Assembly (NCBI GenBank): GCA_031385045.1
Contig: JANNBC010000024.1
Coordinates: 270,150-334,149 of the forward strand
Source: a bacterium
GTDB lineage: Bacteria > Bdellovibrionota_C > UBA2361 > CALJRW01
Length of the DNA: 64,000 nt
Direction of reading: 5' to 3'
The notes under the pieces were generated by a model. The model made no database searches, had not been told where the DNA came from, and saw only the letters and a list, made by a program, of their open reading frames with translations. A program made the translations under genes and the position numbers. Below are positions 29,512 through 39,346 of the stretch, piece after piece; position 1 is the first letter of the stretch, and each line of letters opens with the position of its first letter.

Positions 29512-30231
29512 TTAAAGAGCTGCTGAGATCTCTTCTAAAGAAATCCGACCCTCTAAAATAGCTTTACCTACTACTACAGCTGGTACCTTAACCTGATCCA
29601 ATAAAACTAAGTCAGCATAATTAGCAACACCACCACTGGCGATCAGATAAATCTGAGGAAAATCTGTCATTATTTCTTGATATAAATCTAATGCCGGGCC
29701 AGCTAAAGTGCCATCTTTACTAACATCAGTACACAAATATTGAGTCACTCCTAAGGCTAAATATTGCTCAATAAATTGATTAAGTTCTAATGTTGATTGC
29801 TCTTGCCAGGCGTTAATCGCAATAAAACGATCCTTCACATCAGCAGCAATAATAATTTTAGCAGGGCCAAGATCGGCAATAATCTCTGCAGTTAACTCAG
29901 GGTCTTTAACGGCAATACTCCCAAGATTAATTTTTTCAGCGCCAGCATTAATTACTTGATGAGCGGCAGCAAGAGTTTTAATGCCACCACCAAAATCAAT
30001 TTCTAAGTTAGTTAATCTTTTAATATCCTCTAGCAGTTGAAGGTTTTTTACCTCGCCGGCTTTAGCCCCATCCAAATCAACTAGGTGTAATTTTTTAATT
30101 CCACAGTCAGCAATCTTCTTGGCAAAATCTAGCGGATTCTTATAGTAAACTATCTTTTCCTGATAATCACCTTGATGAAGCCGAACACATTCTCCATTAA
30201 TTAAATCAATTGCTGGTATAATTTCAATCAT
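29512..30231 (-). CDS. hisA: ProFAR isomerase
   Basis: IIPAIDL..G.CVRL..G, HLVDLDGA, TDVSKDGTL.G and IASGGV motifs. Confidence 0.96.
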   Translation of the reverse strand: MIEIIPAIDLINGECVRLHQGDYQEKIVYYKNPLDFAKKIADCGIKKLHLVDLDGAKAGEVKNLQLLEDIKRLTNLEIDFGGGIKTLAAAHQVINAGAEKINLGSIAVKDPELTAEIIADLGPAKIIIAADVKDRFIAINAWQEQSTLELNQFIEQYLALGVTQYLCTDVSKDGTLAGPALDLYQEIMTDFPQIYLIASGGVANYADLVLLDQVKVPAVVVGKAILEGRISLEEISAAL

Positions 30232-30306
30232 TTCTTATTGTATTTAATCCACTTAGTTAAATTTAATGCCAAGGATTTAGCAGCTAAATTGCCTTGCCAG
30301 CAATAG

Positions 30307-30879
30307 TTATTTCTGATCTAGTTCATGAACTAGCGATAAGGAGTTAATACAAAATCTGTTTCCAGACTCCGAAGGGCCATCATTAAAGACATGTCCTAAA
30401 TGAGCTCCGCATCTAGCACAAACAACTTCCGTGCGTTGCATGCCATGGGAGTTATCTGTTATTAAACGAACATTCTGAGTATTCACTGGATCTGTAAAAC
30501 TTGGCCATCCAGAACCAGAGTCATACTTAGTATCACTAGAAAATAAAACTTGTCCACAACTTGAACAACGATAGTCTCCTTTCCGTTTATCTTTATAGTA
30601 CTTACCAGAAAAAGGCATTTCAGTAACTGCCTTACGACTAACCTGGAACTGTTCAGGAGTCATTTTCTCCTTCCAATAGTCCTCACCTTTACTTTTCCAA
30701 TCGATATCCTGAGCCTCTTCCAGAACGGAAGGCTCCTTGGTTAAAGCAATTTTACTTTGAGCATCACTATCCTCGGATGATTCTGCATTCATTGGTTGAT
30801 TCTCGATCATTTGAAAACCTACTACTAAAATTAGCAAAATTAAGATTAATTTAATAGCAAGATAAATTTGTTTAGACAT
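30307..30879 (-). CDS. msrB: Methionine-R-sulfoxide reductase with N-terminal membrane anchor
   Basis: CSSC, KYDSGSGWPSF, CARC.AHLGHVF.DG and RFCINS; hydrophobic N-terminus. Confidence 0.93.
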   Translation of the reverse strand: MSKQIYLAIKLILILLILVVGFQMIENQPMNAESSEDSDAQSKIALTKEPSVLEEAQDIDWKSKGEDYWKEKMTPEQFQVSRKAVTEMPFSGKYYKDKRKGDYRCSSCGQVLFSSDTKYDSGSGWPSFTDPVNTQNVRLITDNSHGMQRTEVVCARCGAHLGHVFNDGPSESGNRFCINSLSLVHELDQK

Positions 30880-31035
30880 TAGTAGTACTAAAATTAAAAT
30901 AATAATGAGACTAACAGTATTTAGGTTTCACTATAAGCCTTAATCGTACTTAATATTTAGACTGTTCTTTTAATGAAAACCTTCAAAATTCTTGATCTGG
31001 AGACTAAAATTGTGATTATCAATCGGATGTAAGTT

Positions 31036-31647
31036 TTATTGTTCTAATACAAATTGCTCCTGCAGTAACTTCACGTAATTAAAAAAGCTGTGTGCCTCTG
31101 CTTTTGGCCCATCAAATTTTTGAATCTGAGGAGAGACTAAACGATACTGATCACCAATAAATTTTTGATAAAGCCTTAGGGCTGGTAAAGTAATTTTGCT
31201 AACAATATCACCCTCTAAGGCCAAGGAACGAATTTTTGTAATCTCTTTCGGCCAAATGTGCATAGCCGCCCCAATCGCGGTAATAGAGATTCTATCCGCT
31301 AAACTGGCCCACTCAGCTTCTTTTCCATTTTCAATTAAGCGCTCCTTAATCTTGACCAAGGTATTACAAGTAATAATACTACCCTGACTATAAACTAATA
31401 ACTTAACTTCGCCGTCAGCCTGAAGCCCTTTGATAATCTGGCGATATAGATGACACGAAGTGTCTGACTCGGCTTGAAAACCTAAACTGCTACTTAGCAT
31501 ACCAGCAATAGCAAAGCTGATATCCAACGCCGTGCCAGAGGTATTATTAATAACTAATTTTGCTGCGACCCCAAAGGTTTCGTTTAAATGAGACTGATAC
31601 TGTTCTTGCTGCTTAATATCCGCTCTAATCCCAGTTACCATTAACAT
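31036..31647 (-). CDS. Putative alpha/beta-hydrolase-like protein
   Basis: LLVYSQG nucleophile-elbow-like motif, followed by GDIV and C-terminal AHSF. Confidence 0.5.
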   Translation of the reverse strand: MLMVTGIRADIKQQEQYQSHLNETFGVAAKLVINNTSGTALDISFAIAGMLSSSLGFQAESDTSCHLYRQIIKGLQADGEVKLLVYSQGSIITCNTLVKIKERLIENGKEAEWASLADRISITAIGAAMHIWPKEITKIRSLALEGDIVSKITLPALRLYQKFIGDQYRLVSPQIQKFDGPKAEAHSFFNYVKLLQEQFVLEQ

Positions 31648-31741
31648 CTAATTAAGATATTCCTGGAGACAAAAAGTTTCTTCCAATTCTAAAAAAAGAA
31701 ATAAGTATTTTAATCTTTACTTAAATAAAGACTGCTAATTT

Positions 31742-32077
31742 TTAGGATTGTGGTTGGGATCTTCCTGGCTCGACACGAAATTTAATTGCTGTGATTTTTT
31801 GTCCGTCATTTAAATACTTTTGAAGCCTACCCAAAATAATCCGAGATTGAAAACTGAGTTCCTGAGCCCAAGCAGAACTTGGGACTGCGATGAATAAGGT
31901 CTCTCCACTAATCCCTTGAGGCTGACAAAGATCCGCCAATTCTGGGCCAACAATATCTTTCCAATTAAGAACAAAATTATATTGTAAAATTTTCTTATCA
32001 ATTCTGTAGGCTCGAAGTGTTGCTTGCAACACATTTGAAATTTTAGACGGCTTAGATGAGTTACGATAATTATTCAA
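31742..32077 (-). CDS. DUF721 / DciA-family protein
   Basis: W.DIVG..LA....P...G..L.I.V.SSAWAQEL; start codon is non-ATG or uncertain. Confidence 0.85.
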   Translation of the reverse strand: MNNYRNSSKPSKISNVLQATLRAYRIDKKILQYNFVLNWKDIVGPELADLCQPQGISGETLFIAVPSSAWAQELSFQSRIILGRLQKYLNDGQKITAIKFRVEPGRSQPQS

Positions 32078-32112
32078 ATTGGATCTGCTTTTTAATGAAA
32101 CAAGCTTTGCAA

Positions 32113-32412
32113 CTAATTTATTAATTTGGTTTTTGGAGTACCATTTTCAAAAAATACAATTTGCTCGTCAGGTCTAGCTAGTGCATAATTATCCCTAGCA
32201 TATTGTTCAATAATAACTGGATTGCTGTTTAAATCATACACCAGTTTCTTTAAATCCTTAACTTCCTGATTTAAACGATCAAATTCCTGCTTTTCACTTA
32301 AAAGATCAGTCTGCAGGGTTTTTAGATGCTGATAGCTTTGATCATGAAAATAAGTTACTCCGCTAATAATAATTACAAAAAAGAGGATTATATATGGAGA
32401 ATAGTTTTTCAT
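32113..32412 (-). CDS. ftsB: Septum formation initiator FtsB/DivIC
   Basis: TM helix, coiled coil and IEQYARD...L.RPDE motif. Confidence 0.8.
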   Translation of the reverse strand: MKNYSPYIILFFVIIISGVTYFHDQSYQHLKTLQTDLLSEKQEFDRLNQEVKDLKKLVYDLNSNPVIIEQYARDNYALARPDEQIVFFENGTPKTKLIN

Positions 32413-32583
32413 GAAGGTAGCGATAGATTAACTTAGAGGATAATAACAAGATTATTCTATTTTAAAAAGCCAGATTCTTTACAATCTTTAGAAAAACTAA
32501 TGACAAATAACTAACTTTTTGGTTTTGCCGTTAACTTCAACATACGCTATAAAGAGCTCAAGTTTTACAATACATATACAATT

Positions 32584-33870
32584 ATGAGTTCAAAAATTAA
32601 AAATATTTCAGCTTACGAATGTCTTGATTCTCGTGGCTTTCCAACAATTTCAGCAACTGTAGAGTTAGAAAATGGCGCATTAGGCACCGCCTTAGTGCCA
32701 TCTGGAGCTTCTACGGGAGAGCATGAAGCTCATGAACTAAGAGATGAAGATGCTAAACGCTATAAAGGTAAAGGTGTATTAAAAGCCATCACAAACCTAG
32801 AGAAGACATTAGCACCAGCAGTAATTGGCCTAGATGCCACGGATCAACAAGCCATTGATCAAAAATTAATTTCAACTGATGGTTCCGAGAATAAACAAAA
32901 TCTTGGAGCTAATGCAATTTTAGCAATTAGCCTTGCTACATCTCATGCGGCAGCAGCCTCTCAAAGATTACCATTATTTCGTTATGTTGGTGGCGAGCAA
33001 GCTAGTTACAAAATGCCGGTTCCATTAGTGAATGTAATTAATGGTGGAGCGCATGCTACAAACTCACTTGATTTTCAGGAATTCATGTTAGTTCCACATT
33101 CTGGAAAAACATTTGCTGATAATATTCAAGCGGCAAGTGAAGTATTCCATACACTTAAGAAAAACTTACAAAAGAAAGGAATGAGTACTGGAATTGGTGA
33201 TGAAGGTGGCTTTGCACCAAACTTAAAAGATGCCGAAACCACAATTCAAACTCTATTAGAAGCAATCAGTGATGCTGGATATGAGCCAGGTAAAGATATC
33301 GCTCTAGCTCTGGATGTAGCTGCTAGCGAAATGTATAACCGCGACACTGGGAAATATGTTTTCAAGAAAAGTAGTGGCGAGAGTGTTTCCTCAGATGATC
33401 TAATAAAACTTTATGCTGGATGGGCCAAGAAATATCCCCTAGTAAGCATTGAAGATGGTCTTGATGAAAACGATTGGGCTGGTTGGTCTAAACTAACGGC
33501 AACAATTGGAAGCACGGTACAATTAGTTGGCGATGATCTATTTGTAACAAATGCTAAACGTTTACAAGATGGGATCAACTCCAAAGCTGCTAACTCAATC
33601 CTAATCAAAGTTAACCAAATTGGAACTCTTAGCGAAACGCTACAAACAATTGCACTAGCTCATGAGCATAAAATGACTTCAGTAATGTCTCACCGCTCAG
33701 GTGAAACAGAAGACACAACGATTGCGGACTTAGCTGTGGCAACTGCTTGTGGACAAATTAAAACTGGTTCTGTTTGTCGTGGAGAAAGAACTGCTAAATA
33801 CAACCGTTTGCTTTGGATTGAAAAATTCCTTGGAAGCAAGGCAGTTATGGCTAGACCATTTAAAGTTTAG
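32584..33870 (+). CDS. eno: Enolase
   Basis: DSRG.PT, VPSGASTG, GDEGGFAP, VGDDLFVTN and SHRSGETED motifs. Confidence 0.98.
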   Translation: MSSKIKNISAYECLDSRGFPTISATVELENGALGTALVPSGASTGEHEAHELRDEDAKRYKGKGVLKAITNLEKTLAPAVIGLDATDQQAIDQKLISTDGSENKQNLGANAILAISLATSHAAAASQRLPLFRYVGGEQASYKMPVPLVNVINGGAHATNSLDFQEFMLVPHSGKTFADNIQAASEVFHTLKKNLQKKGMSTGIGDEGGFAPNLKDAETTIQTLLEAISDAGYEPGKDIALALDVAASEMYNRDTGKYVFKKSSGESVSSDDLIKLYAGWAKKYPLVSIEDGLDENDWAGWSKLTATIGSTVQLVGDDLFVTNAKRLQDGINSKAANSILIKVNQIGTLSETLQTIALAHEHKMTSVMSHRSGETEDTTIADLAVATACGQIKTGSVCRGERTAKYNRLLWIEKFLGSKAVMARPFKV

Positions 33871-33878
33871 TACCAAAT

Positions 33879-35378
33879 GTGAGCAAGACATTATCCCCAG
33901 CAACATCACTAATTATTTCGATCTTTGGTGGTGTTGCATTGGGGCTTGCTTGGATTCTACCCAATACTCTCTACTCAGCACTACTAGGTTTAAGCGCACT
34001 TTTCGCACTTATTTTTCCATTAGTTCAAAACTCAAGTTGCTATCTGCAGTACTTCCTTTACGGAGTAACAGCTAACCTAATTGCCTTCTACTGGCTAATT
34101 CCCACTATTTCTAACTTTGGAGGATATCCTCTTTCTATTAGTATTGGCCTTTACTTACTTTTTGCAGTTTACCACGCCGGTCTTTATCTTTTATTTCTAC
34201 TAATCTTTAGAAGAATAAATTCCCGCTTTGCAAACTGGACTATCCTAAAAGCATTCTTCGCCTGGGGCGCTATTAAGTATATTTATCCAGAGATCTTTCC
34301 CTGGGACTTTGCTCATACAATAATAAGTCTTCGCCCTTTGATTCAAGTCGCAGATCTTGGCGGCTCAATGTTTGTGACGGCAGTAATGTTTGCCATCATC
34401 GCACTTCTTAACCAGCTACTTAAATTCGATTTAAAGAAACCAATATTTTTAATCAACCTAGCCTGCCTAACTCTAATTATAGGTTATGGACTAAAAAGAA
34501 TTAATTACTTTGATCAACTGATTGCCCCAGAGAAAAAAATTAGTATCATCCAATCCGAAGTTTCAATTCAAAAAAGCCAAGGCGTCTCATTTTTAGCCGC
34601 TGATCCAAATCGCTATCTGCAGCTCAGCGAAGAGATCCTCCTATCTTTCCAGCCAGATTTAATTATTTGGCCAGAGACCGTAATTGTTCAACCCGTTTCA
34701 ACAAGTATTCGTTCCATCTCAGAAACGGCTAATTTACCATATCTCCCCGATACAAATTTAATCACCGGGGCTTTAAGTTACGAAAATAATGCTACTCACA
34801 ACTCCGCATTTGCAATTTTAAATTCTGGTGAAATCTTACCCCCCTATCATAAACAAATCCTGATGCCTTTTGGAGAGTTTATGCCCTTTGCCGAAACCTT
34901 TCCATTTTTAGCAGAACTAAATCCTAACTTTGCGCCAATTACTCCTGGCACTAAAATCAGTATTTTTAATCTGGACAATGGACTTAAGATTGCCCCATTA
35001 ATTTGCTATGAAGATCTTACTCCAAAGATTAGTCGCCAAGCTACCTTAAATGGTGGTAACTTATTAGTTAATCTGACCAATGATGCTTGGTTCGGATACT
35101 CTGTTGCCCCATTACAGCATAATTTAATTGCTAGCTTTCGGGCTATTGAAAATCGCCGTTACTTAGCACGCTCAACAAATTCTGGACTTACCTCAGTAAT
35201 TGATCCAACAGGCCTGACCCTGAATCAAATCCCCCTTTTTACAGAAGGACTGATTAATACTAAAATTAAGCTTATTGAAGAAAGAACATTATATACGAAT
35301 TTTTATGGTTCTTATTTCTGGTTAATGATAGTAATTATATCATTGTTAATAATTGTTTTCCCAAAACGAAAGAAATGA
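33879..35378 (+). CDS. lnt: Apolipoprotein N-acyltransferase
   Basis: TM N-half; WPE, YHKQILMPFGE, PLICYE, NDAWFG and RAIEN motifs. Confidence 0.93.
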   Translation: MSKTLSPATSLIISIFGGVALGLAWILPNTLYSALLGLSALFALIFPLVQNSSCYLQYFLYGVTANLIAFYWLIPTISNFGGYPLSISIGLYLLFAVYHAGLYLLFLLIFRRINSRFANWTILKAFFAWGAIKYIYPEIFPWDFAHTIISLRPLIQVADLGGSMFVTAVMFAIIALLNQLLKFDLKKPIFLINLACLTLIIGYGLKRINYFDQLIAPEKKISIIQSEVSIQKSQGVSFLAADPNRYLQLSEEILLSFQPDLIIWPETVIVQPVSTSIRSISETANLPYLPDTNLITGALSYENNATHNSAFAILNSGEILPPYHKQILMPFGEFMPFAETFPFLAELNPNFAPITPGTKISIFNLDNGLKIAPLICYEDLTPKISRQATLNGGNLLVNLTNDAWFGYSVAPLQHNLIASFRAIENRRYLARSTNSGLTSVIDPTGLTLNQIPLFTEGLINTKIKLIEERTLYTNFYGSYFWLMIVIISLLIIVFPKRKK

Positions 35379-36088
35379 ATAGATTTACTTCCCCTGTCTT
35401 TAAAACCTTAGCAATATCATTCCTGCTATTAGGTGCTTGCTCTTCTCCGAAAAAAGGACCTGATAAAACTATTGGTGGCGCAGTGCTTGGAGCTGCTTGG
35501 GGAGCTGGTGCTGGCGCAATAGTTGGTCATCAACTTACTCCGGGTAGAACTGGGGAAGGCCTTGCTGTTGGTGCTGGTGTTGGTTTAGTTAGTGGAGCCC
35601 TCCAAGGAGCTGGATACGATCAATTAGAAGATAGTCTAATTGAATACGAAGATCAGATCGAAAATTTGCGAATTCAAAACCTTGCTAATGGTCAACAAAT
35701 TGCCAACCTGCAAGCCAGATTAGATAATGATCAAGCCTTAGAACTTGCCGCCAATGTCTATCAAGTATTTTTTGAGTCCGATGCCACTAATTTAAAATCA
35801 GGCTCGATTAGTAATCTAGAAAAAATTGCCGATCAAATTATTAACAATTCTAGGATTTCTAAGATTAATGTTGTTGGGCATACCGATGAGACGGGTGATG
35901 ACAAGTATAACATTAAACTTTCCAAGGAACGTGCTGAATCAGTCGCTGCTTACCTGAAGGGACGTGGAATAAGCAATGATCAAATTTTGGTTGCATTTGA
36001 AGGAGCCAATCAACCGATCGCTACTAATGCTACACCTGAAGGCAAACAATTAAATCGTCGAGTGGATGTTACAGTAAACCTTAACTGA
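35375..36088 (+). CDS. Glycine-zipper + OmpA C-terminal domain lipoprotein
   Basis: Lipobox LGAC, Gly zipper, coiled coil, GHTD...LS..RA and NRRVD. Confidence 0.9.
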   Translation: MNRFTSPVFKTLAISFLLLGACSSPKKGPDKTIGGAVLGAAWGAGAGAIVGHQLTPGRTGEGLAVGAGVGLVSGALQGAGYDQLEDSLIEYEDQIENLRIQNLANGQQIANLQARLDNDQALELAANVYQVFFESDATNLKSGSISNLEKIADQIINNSRISKINVVGHTDETGDDKYNIKLSKERAESVAAYLKGRGISNDQILVAFEGANQPIATNATPEGKQLNRRVDVTVNLN

Positions 36089-36180
36089 AATCAGATATCT
36101 AATAACTTCTATTCTTATCTTTTGACAGATGTCATAGGGCAAGCTTGGAAAGACTTCTAAGTCGCTGGAATTAGAATGAA

Positions 36181-36348
36181 AATATAGTACACCCAAGAAT
36201 GAATTTCCGAAAAACTTTTTCGGAAATTCATGTTCGTTTTACTATATTTGTTGTTTTTAGGCACTCAAACTTGGCTTTAGCCAGGTTTTGAAAAGCCCGA
36301 GTCCAAAAAATAATTTCCTTAACAGAAATCCTTTTTGGGACTCTCTAT
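36181..36348 (+). repeat. 168-bp composite palindromic element (MITE-like), copy 1
   Basis: Reverse complement of 49912-50079 with 8 mismatches by my count; three hairpin modules. Confidence 0.9.
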
Positions 36349-36513
36349 ATCCTCGTGCCAATCAAGGTTCCCTGCTAAAGGCTAACTTTCCACAAGCTAT
36401 TATCAAAAACTAACAAACTTTACTATAATCCTTAAAATTGATATAAAAAATCTTCTTTTTTTGTGATGTTATCCAAAAAAACTGTCTAAGACTGCAATTT
36501 TAATTTGCTAATA

Positions 36514-37827
36514 ATGAATATGAAGAACACCTCCTTTACTGACTATAAAGTTAAAAATATTGAGCTTGCTGAAGTTGGTCGCAAGATGATTGAAATGGCT
36601 GAAAAAGAAATGCCCGGACTAATGTCACTTCGTCAAGAATTTGCTAAAGAGCAACCTTTAAAAGGTGCAAGAATTGCAGGTTGCTTACATATGACTATTG
36701 AGACTGCTGTTTTAATTGAAACATTAATACAGCTTGGAGCTGAAGTCCGTTGGTCAAGTTGCAATATTTTCTCAACTCAAGATGAAGCTGCGGCAGCAAT
36801 TGCTGCTGCTGGGATTCCAGTTTTTGCTTGGAAGGGTGAAACTGAAGCAGAATATGAGTGGTGCATTGATCAAACTATTATGTTCGGCGAACAAGGTCCA
36901 AATATGATCTTAGACGATGGTGGTGACTTAACTAAAATCATTCATGATAAATTCTCCCACTTACTTAAAGACATTCGTGGTGTTTCTGAAGAAACAACGA
37001 CTGGTGTTCTCCGTCTAAACCAAATGTTACAAAAAGGTGAATTAAAAATCCCAGCATTTAATGTTAACGACTCTGTTACTAAATCTAAGTTTGATAACCT
37101 TTATGGTTGCCAAGAATCACTTGCCGATGGAATCAAAAGAGCCACAGATGTGATGATCGCTGGTAAGGTTGTTGTTGTTGCTGGATACGGTGACGTAGGT
37201 AAAGGTTGCGCTCGCTCGATGAAAGCTTTTGGTGCTAGAGTATTAGTAACTGAAATTGACCCGATCTGTGCGCTACAAGCCGCAATGGAAGGATTTGAAG
37301 TTGTTACTATGGAAACTGCAGCTCCAAAGGGTGATATCTTTGTAACTGCTACTGGAAATTTCAACGTAATTAATTCTAAGCATTTCCCAGCAATGAAGGA
37401 TCATGCCATTCTTTGTAACATTGGTCACTTTGACAATGAAATTGATATGGCTTGGTTGGAGAAACAAGAAGGGATTAAAGAGATTAACATCAAGCCTCAA
37501 GTTGATCGTTTCATTATGCCAAACAGCAAATCTTTAATTATTTTAGCTCGTGGACGATTGGTTAACTTAGGCTGTGGTACAGGTCACCCAAGCTTTGTAA
37601 TGTCTAGCTCATTTACAAATCAAGTCTTAGCTCAGATTGAACTGTATAAGAATGCTGAAAGCTATAAGGTTGGTGTTTACACATTGCCAAAATACTTAGA
37701 TGAAAAAGTTGCCCGCTTACACCTAGGTAAATTAGGTGTAGAACTTACAACTCTAACGCCGGAACAAGCTGCTTATATTGGAGCAACTGTTGATGGCCCG
37801 TTTAAACCAGAACATTATCGCTACTAA
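36514..37827 (+). CDS. ahcY: S-adenosylhomocysteine hydrolase
   Basis: [34 protein letters not shown] and GHPSFVMS motifs. Confidence 0.98.
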   Translation: MNMKNTSFTDYKVKNIELAEVGRKMIEMAEKEMPGLMSLRQEFAKEQPLKGARIAGCLHMTIETAVLIETLIQLGAEVRWSSCNIFSTQDEAAAAIAAAGIPVFAWKGETEAEYEWCIDQTIMFGEQGPNMILDDGGDLTKIIHDKFSHLLKDIRGVSEETTTGVLRLNQMLQKGELKIPAFNVNDSVTKSKFDNLYGCQESLADGIKRATDVMIAGKVVVVAGYGDVGKGCARSMKAFGARVLVTEIDPICALQAAMEGFEVVTMETAAPKGDIFVTATGNFNVINSKHFPAMKDHAILCNIGHFDNEIDMAWLEKQEGIKEINIKPQVDRFIMPNSKSLIILARGRLVNLGCGTGHPSFVMSSSFTNQVLAQIELYKNAESYKVGVYTLPKYLDEKVARLHLGKLGVELTTLTPEQAAYIGATVDGPFKPEHYRY

Positions 37828-37838
37828 CAAGTAAAACT

Positions 37839-37872
37839 TGTGGCTTTGGAATTAATATAATCCAAAGCCACA
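37839..37872 (+). terminator. Stem-loop after ahcY
   Basis: 12-bp stem TGTGGCTTTGGA/TCCAAAGCCACA; the U-tract is offset by 6 nt. Confidence 0.6.
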
Positions 37873-37901
37873 TAAAAATTTTTTAAAATTGGAATATAAT
37901 C

Positions 37902-38015
37902 ATGGGAAAAGGTGATCCTAAAACAAAACGCGGGAAAATTTTTAAGGGTTCAAATGGCAATAGTCGTAAGAAAAAAACGACTAAAGTTGTGATCCCAACA
38001 AAAACTAAGAAATAG
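37902..38015 (+). CDS. 30S ribosomal protein THX (bS31); not in the ORF track
   Basis: MGKGDPKTKRGKIFKGSNGNSRKKK... matches the Thx pattern GKGD..T.RGKI..G..G..R. Confidence 0.88.
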   Translation: MGKGDPKTKRGKIFKGSNGNSRKKKTTKVVIPTKTKK

Positions 38016-38024
38016 TGTTCCACA

Positions 38025-38888
38025 ATGTTTCGACTGTTCGCCATAATTACAACGCTTGTTGTATTTTCTAGCGAACTATTTGCTTGTCCCAGAATTAGAC
38101 CTAGGCTTGTAGATTACAACTGTGATCAGGCATACAAGGTTGCTGTTATTGGAGATAGCATTGTCGAAGGCGTTGATGGCGATCGAGAAAATCGTTACAC
38201 GGATGGAGATGGAGGATATGTCTCCCGCCTCTCCAATCAAACTGGACTAAACTTCACAAACATTGGTGTTAAAGGGACTACCACCGACGAACTACTCCGT
38301 GGTTTTCGCCGGAATATTGATAAGCGTCTAACTACTAGACTACTTCAACAAGCAGATATTATTCTGATTGATGTTGGTCGCAATGATTTTTGGAACTCGC
38401 CACTAGAACCAGAAACTCTCCCGGCCATTCGAAATATACAAAGAATTATTAAATTCCTAAAAAAGACATACCAGGAAAGAGATTCTCACATTGTTCCCTA
38501 CTTTATAGTTGCCACACTAATTCCAACGACTCGAACAAACATAAGACCCCATGACTTACAGCTTTATGTCGAAGAATTAAATAGCAATTTACGACGTTTC
38601 AAATCTAGAGGTCTCCCTGTTGACATCTACTTTGATCAAGAATTTGATAGTAGCATTTTAGGGGCAGACGGGCTCCACCCCAATCTAGCTGGCTACCAAA
38701 GAATTGCCGACTTTCTAGAGATTGAGTTTAAAGATAGGATTAATGAGATTTTAAAACTGAAAAGGAAAGACCGCGACAAAGATGGAATTTATGATATCTT
38801 CGAATCTTGGTTTGGTATGAACCCGAGGAATCCAGACACTAACAGTGATGGAATCTTAGATGGTAAAGAAGTATTTCAAAAAAATTAA
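38025..38888 (+). CDS. Secreted SGNH/GDSL hydrolase with C-terminal Asp-rich Ca-binding repeat
   Basis: Signal peptide, GDSI, G.ND, DGLHPN..GY and DRDKDG...NPDTNSDGILDG.E. Confidence 0.85.
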   Translation: MFRLFAIITTLVVFSSELFACPRIRPRLVDYNCDQAYKVAVIGDSIVEGVDGDRENRYTDGDGGYVSRLSNQTGLNFTNIGVKGTTTDELLRGFRRNIDKRLTTRLLQQADIILIDVGRNDFWNSPLEPETLPAIRNIQRIIKFLKKTYQERDSHIVPYFIVATLIPTTRTNIRPHDLQLYVEELNSNLRRFKSRGLPVDIYFDQEFDSSILGADGLHPNLAGYQRIADFLEIEFKDRINEILKLKRKDRDKDGIYDIFESWFGMNPRNPDTNSDGILDGKEVFQKN

Positions 38889-38906
38889 TTTACACGAAGG
38901 AAGATT

Positions 38907-39296
38907 ATGTCAATTATTAAAGAATTTAAAGAATTTGCCATCAAAGGCAACATGGTTGATATGGCAGTTGGTATTATTATTGGAGCTGCTTTTGGTAAAA
39001 TTGTATCATCACTTGTTAATGATATTATCATGCCACCAGTTGGCCTAATAATGGGTGGCACAGATTTTACAAACTTAAAGCTTACCTTAAAAGAGGCCAT
39101 TGAAAAAAGTCCTGCTGTAACATTTAATTACGGCAACTTTATCCAAACATCAATCGACTTCCTCATCTTGGCTTTCTGTATTTTCTTAATGATTAAAGCA
39201 ATTAATAAAATTAAAAGAAATGAGCCTGTAGTTCCGGCTGGTCCAACAAACGAAGAAAAACTTTTGATAGAAATTAGAGATCTCCTAAAAAAGTAA
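38907..39296 (+). CDS. mscL: Large-conductance mechanosensitive channel
   Basis: [24 protein letters not shown] and LLIEIRDLL motifs. Confidence 0.97.
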   Translation: MSIIKEFKEFAIKGNMVDMAVGIIIGAAFGKIVSSLVNDIIMPPVGLIMGGTDFTNLKLTLKEAIEKSPAVTFNYGNFIQTSIDFLILAFCIFLMIKAINKIKRNEPVVPAGPTNEEKLLIEIRDLLKK

Positions 39297-39346
39297 CCCT
39301 GATAGAGCCTCAAAAAGCACTGCAGCTATCAAATCTTTCGCTACCT

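Noticed and set aside
36380..36480. DnaA boxes / replication origin
   Set aside because: Only isolated mismatched matches to TTATCCACA; no cluster.
36089..36513. SAH riboswitch upstream of ahcY
   Set aside because: No GAGGAGCG...CAGGCTC core seen; the structure is explained by the 168-bp repeat.
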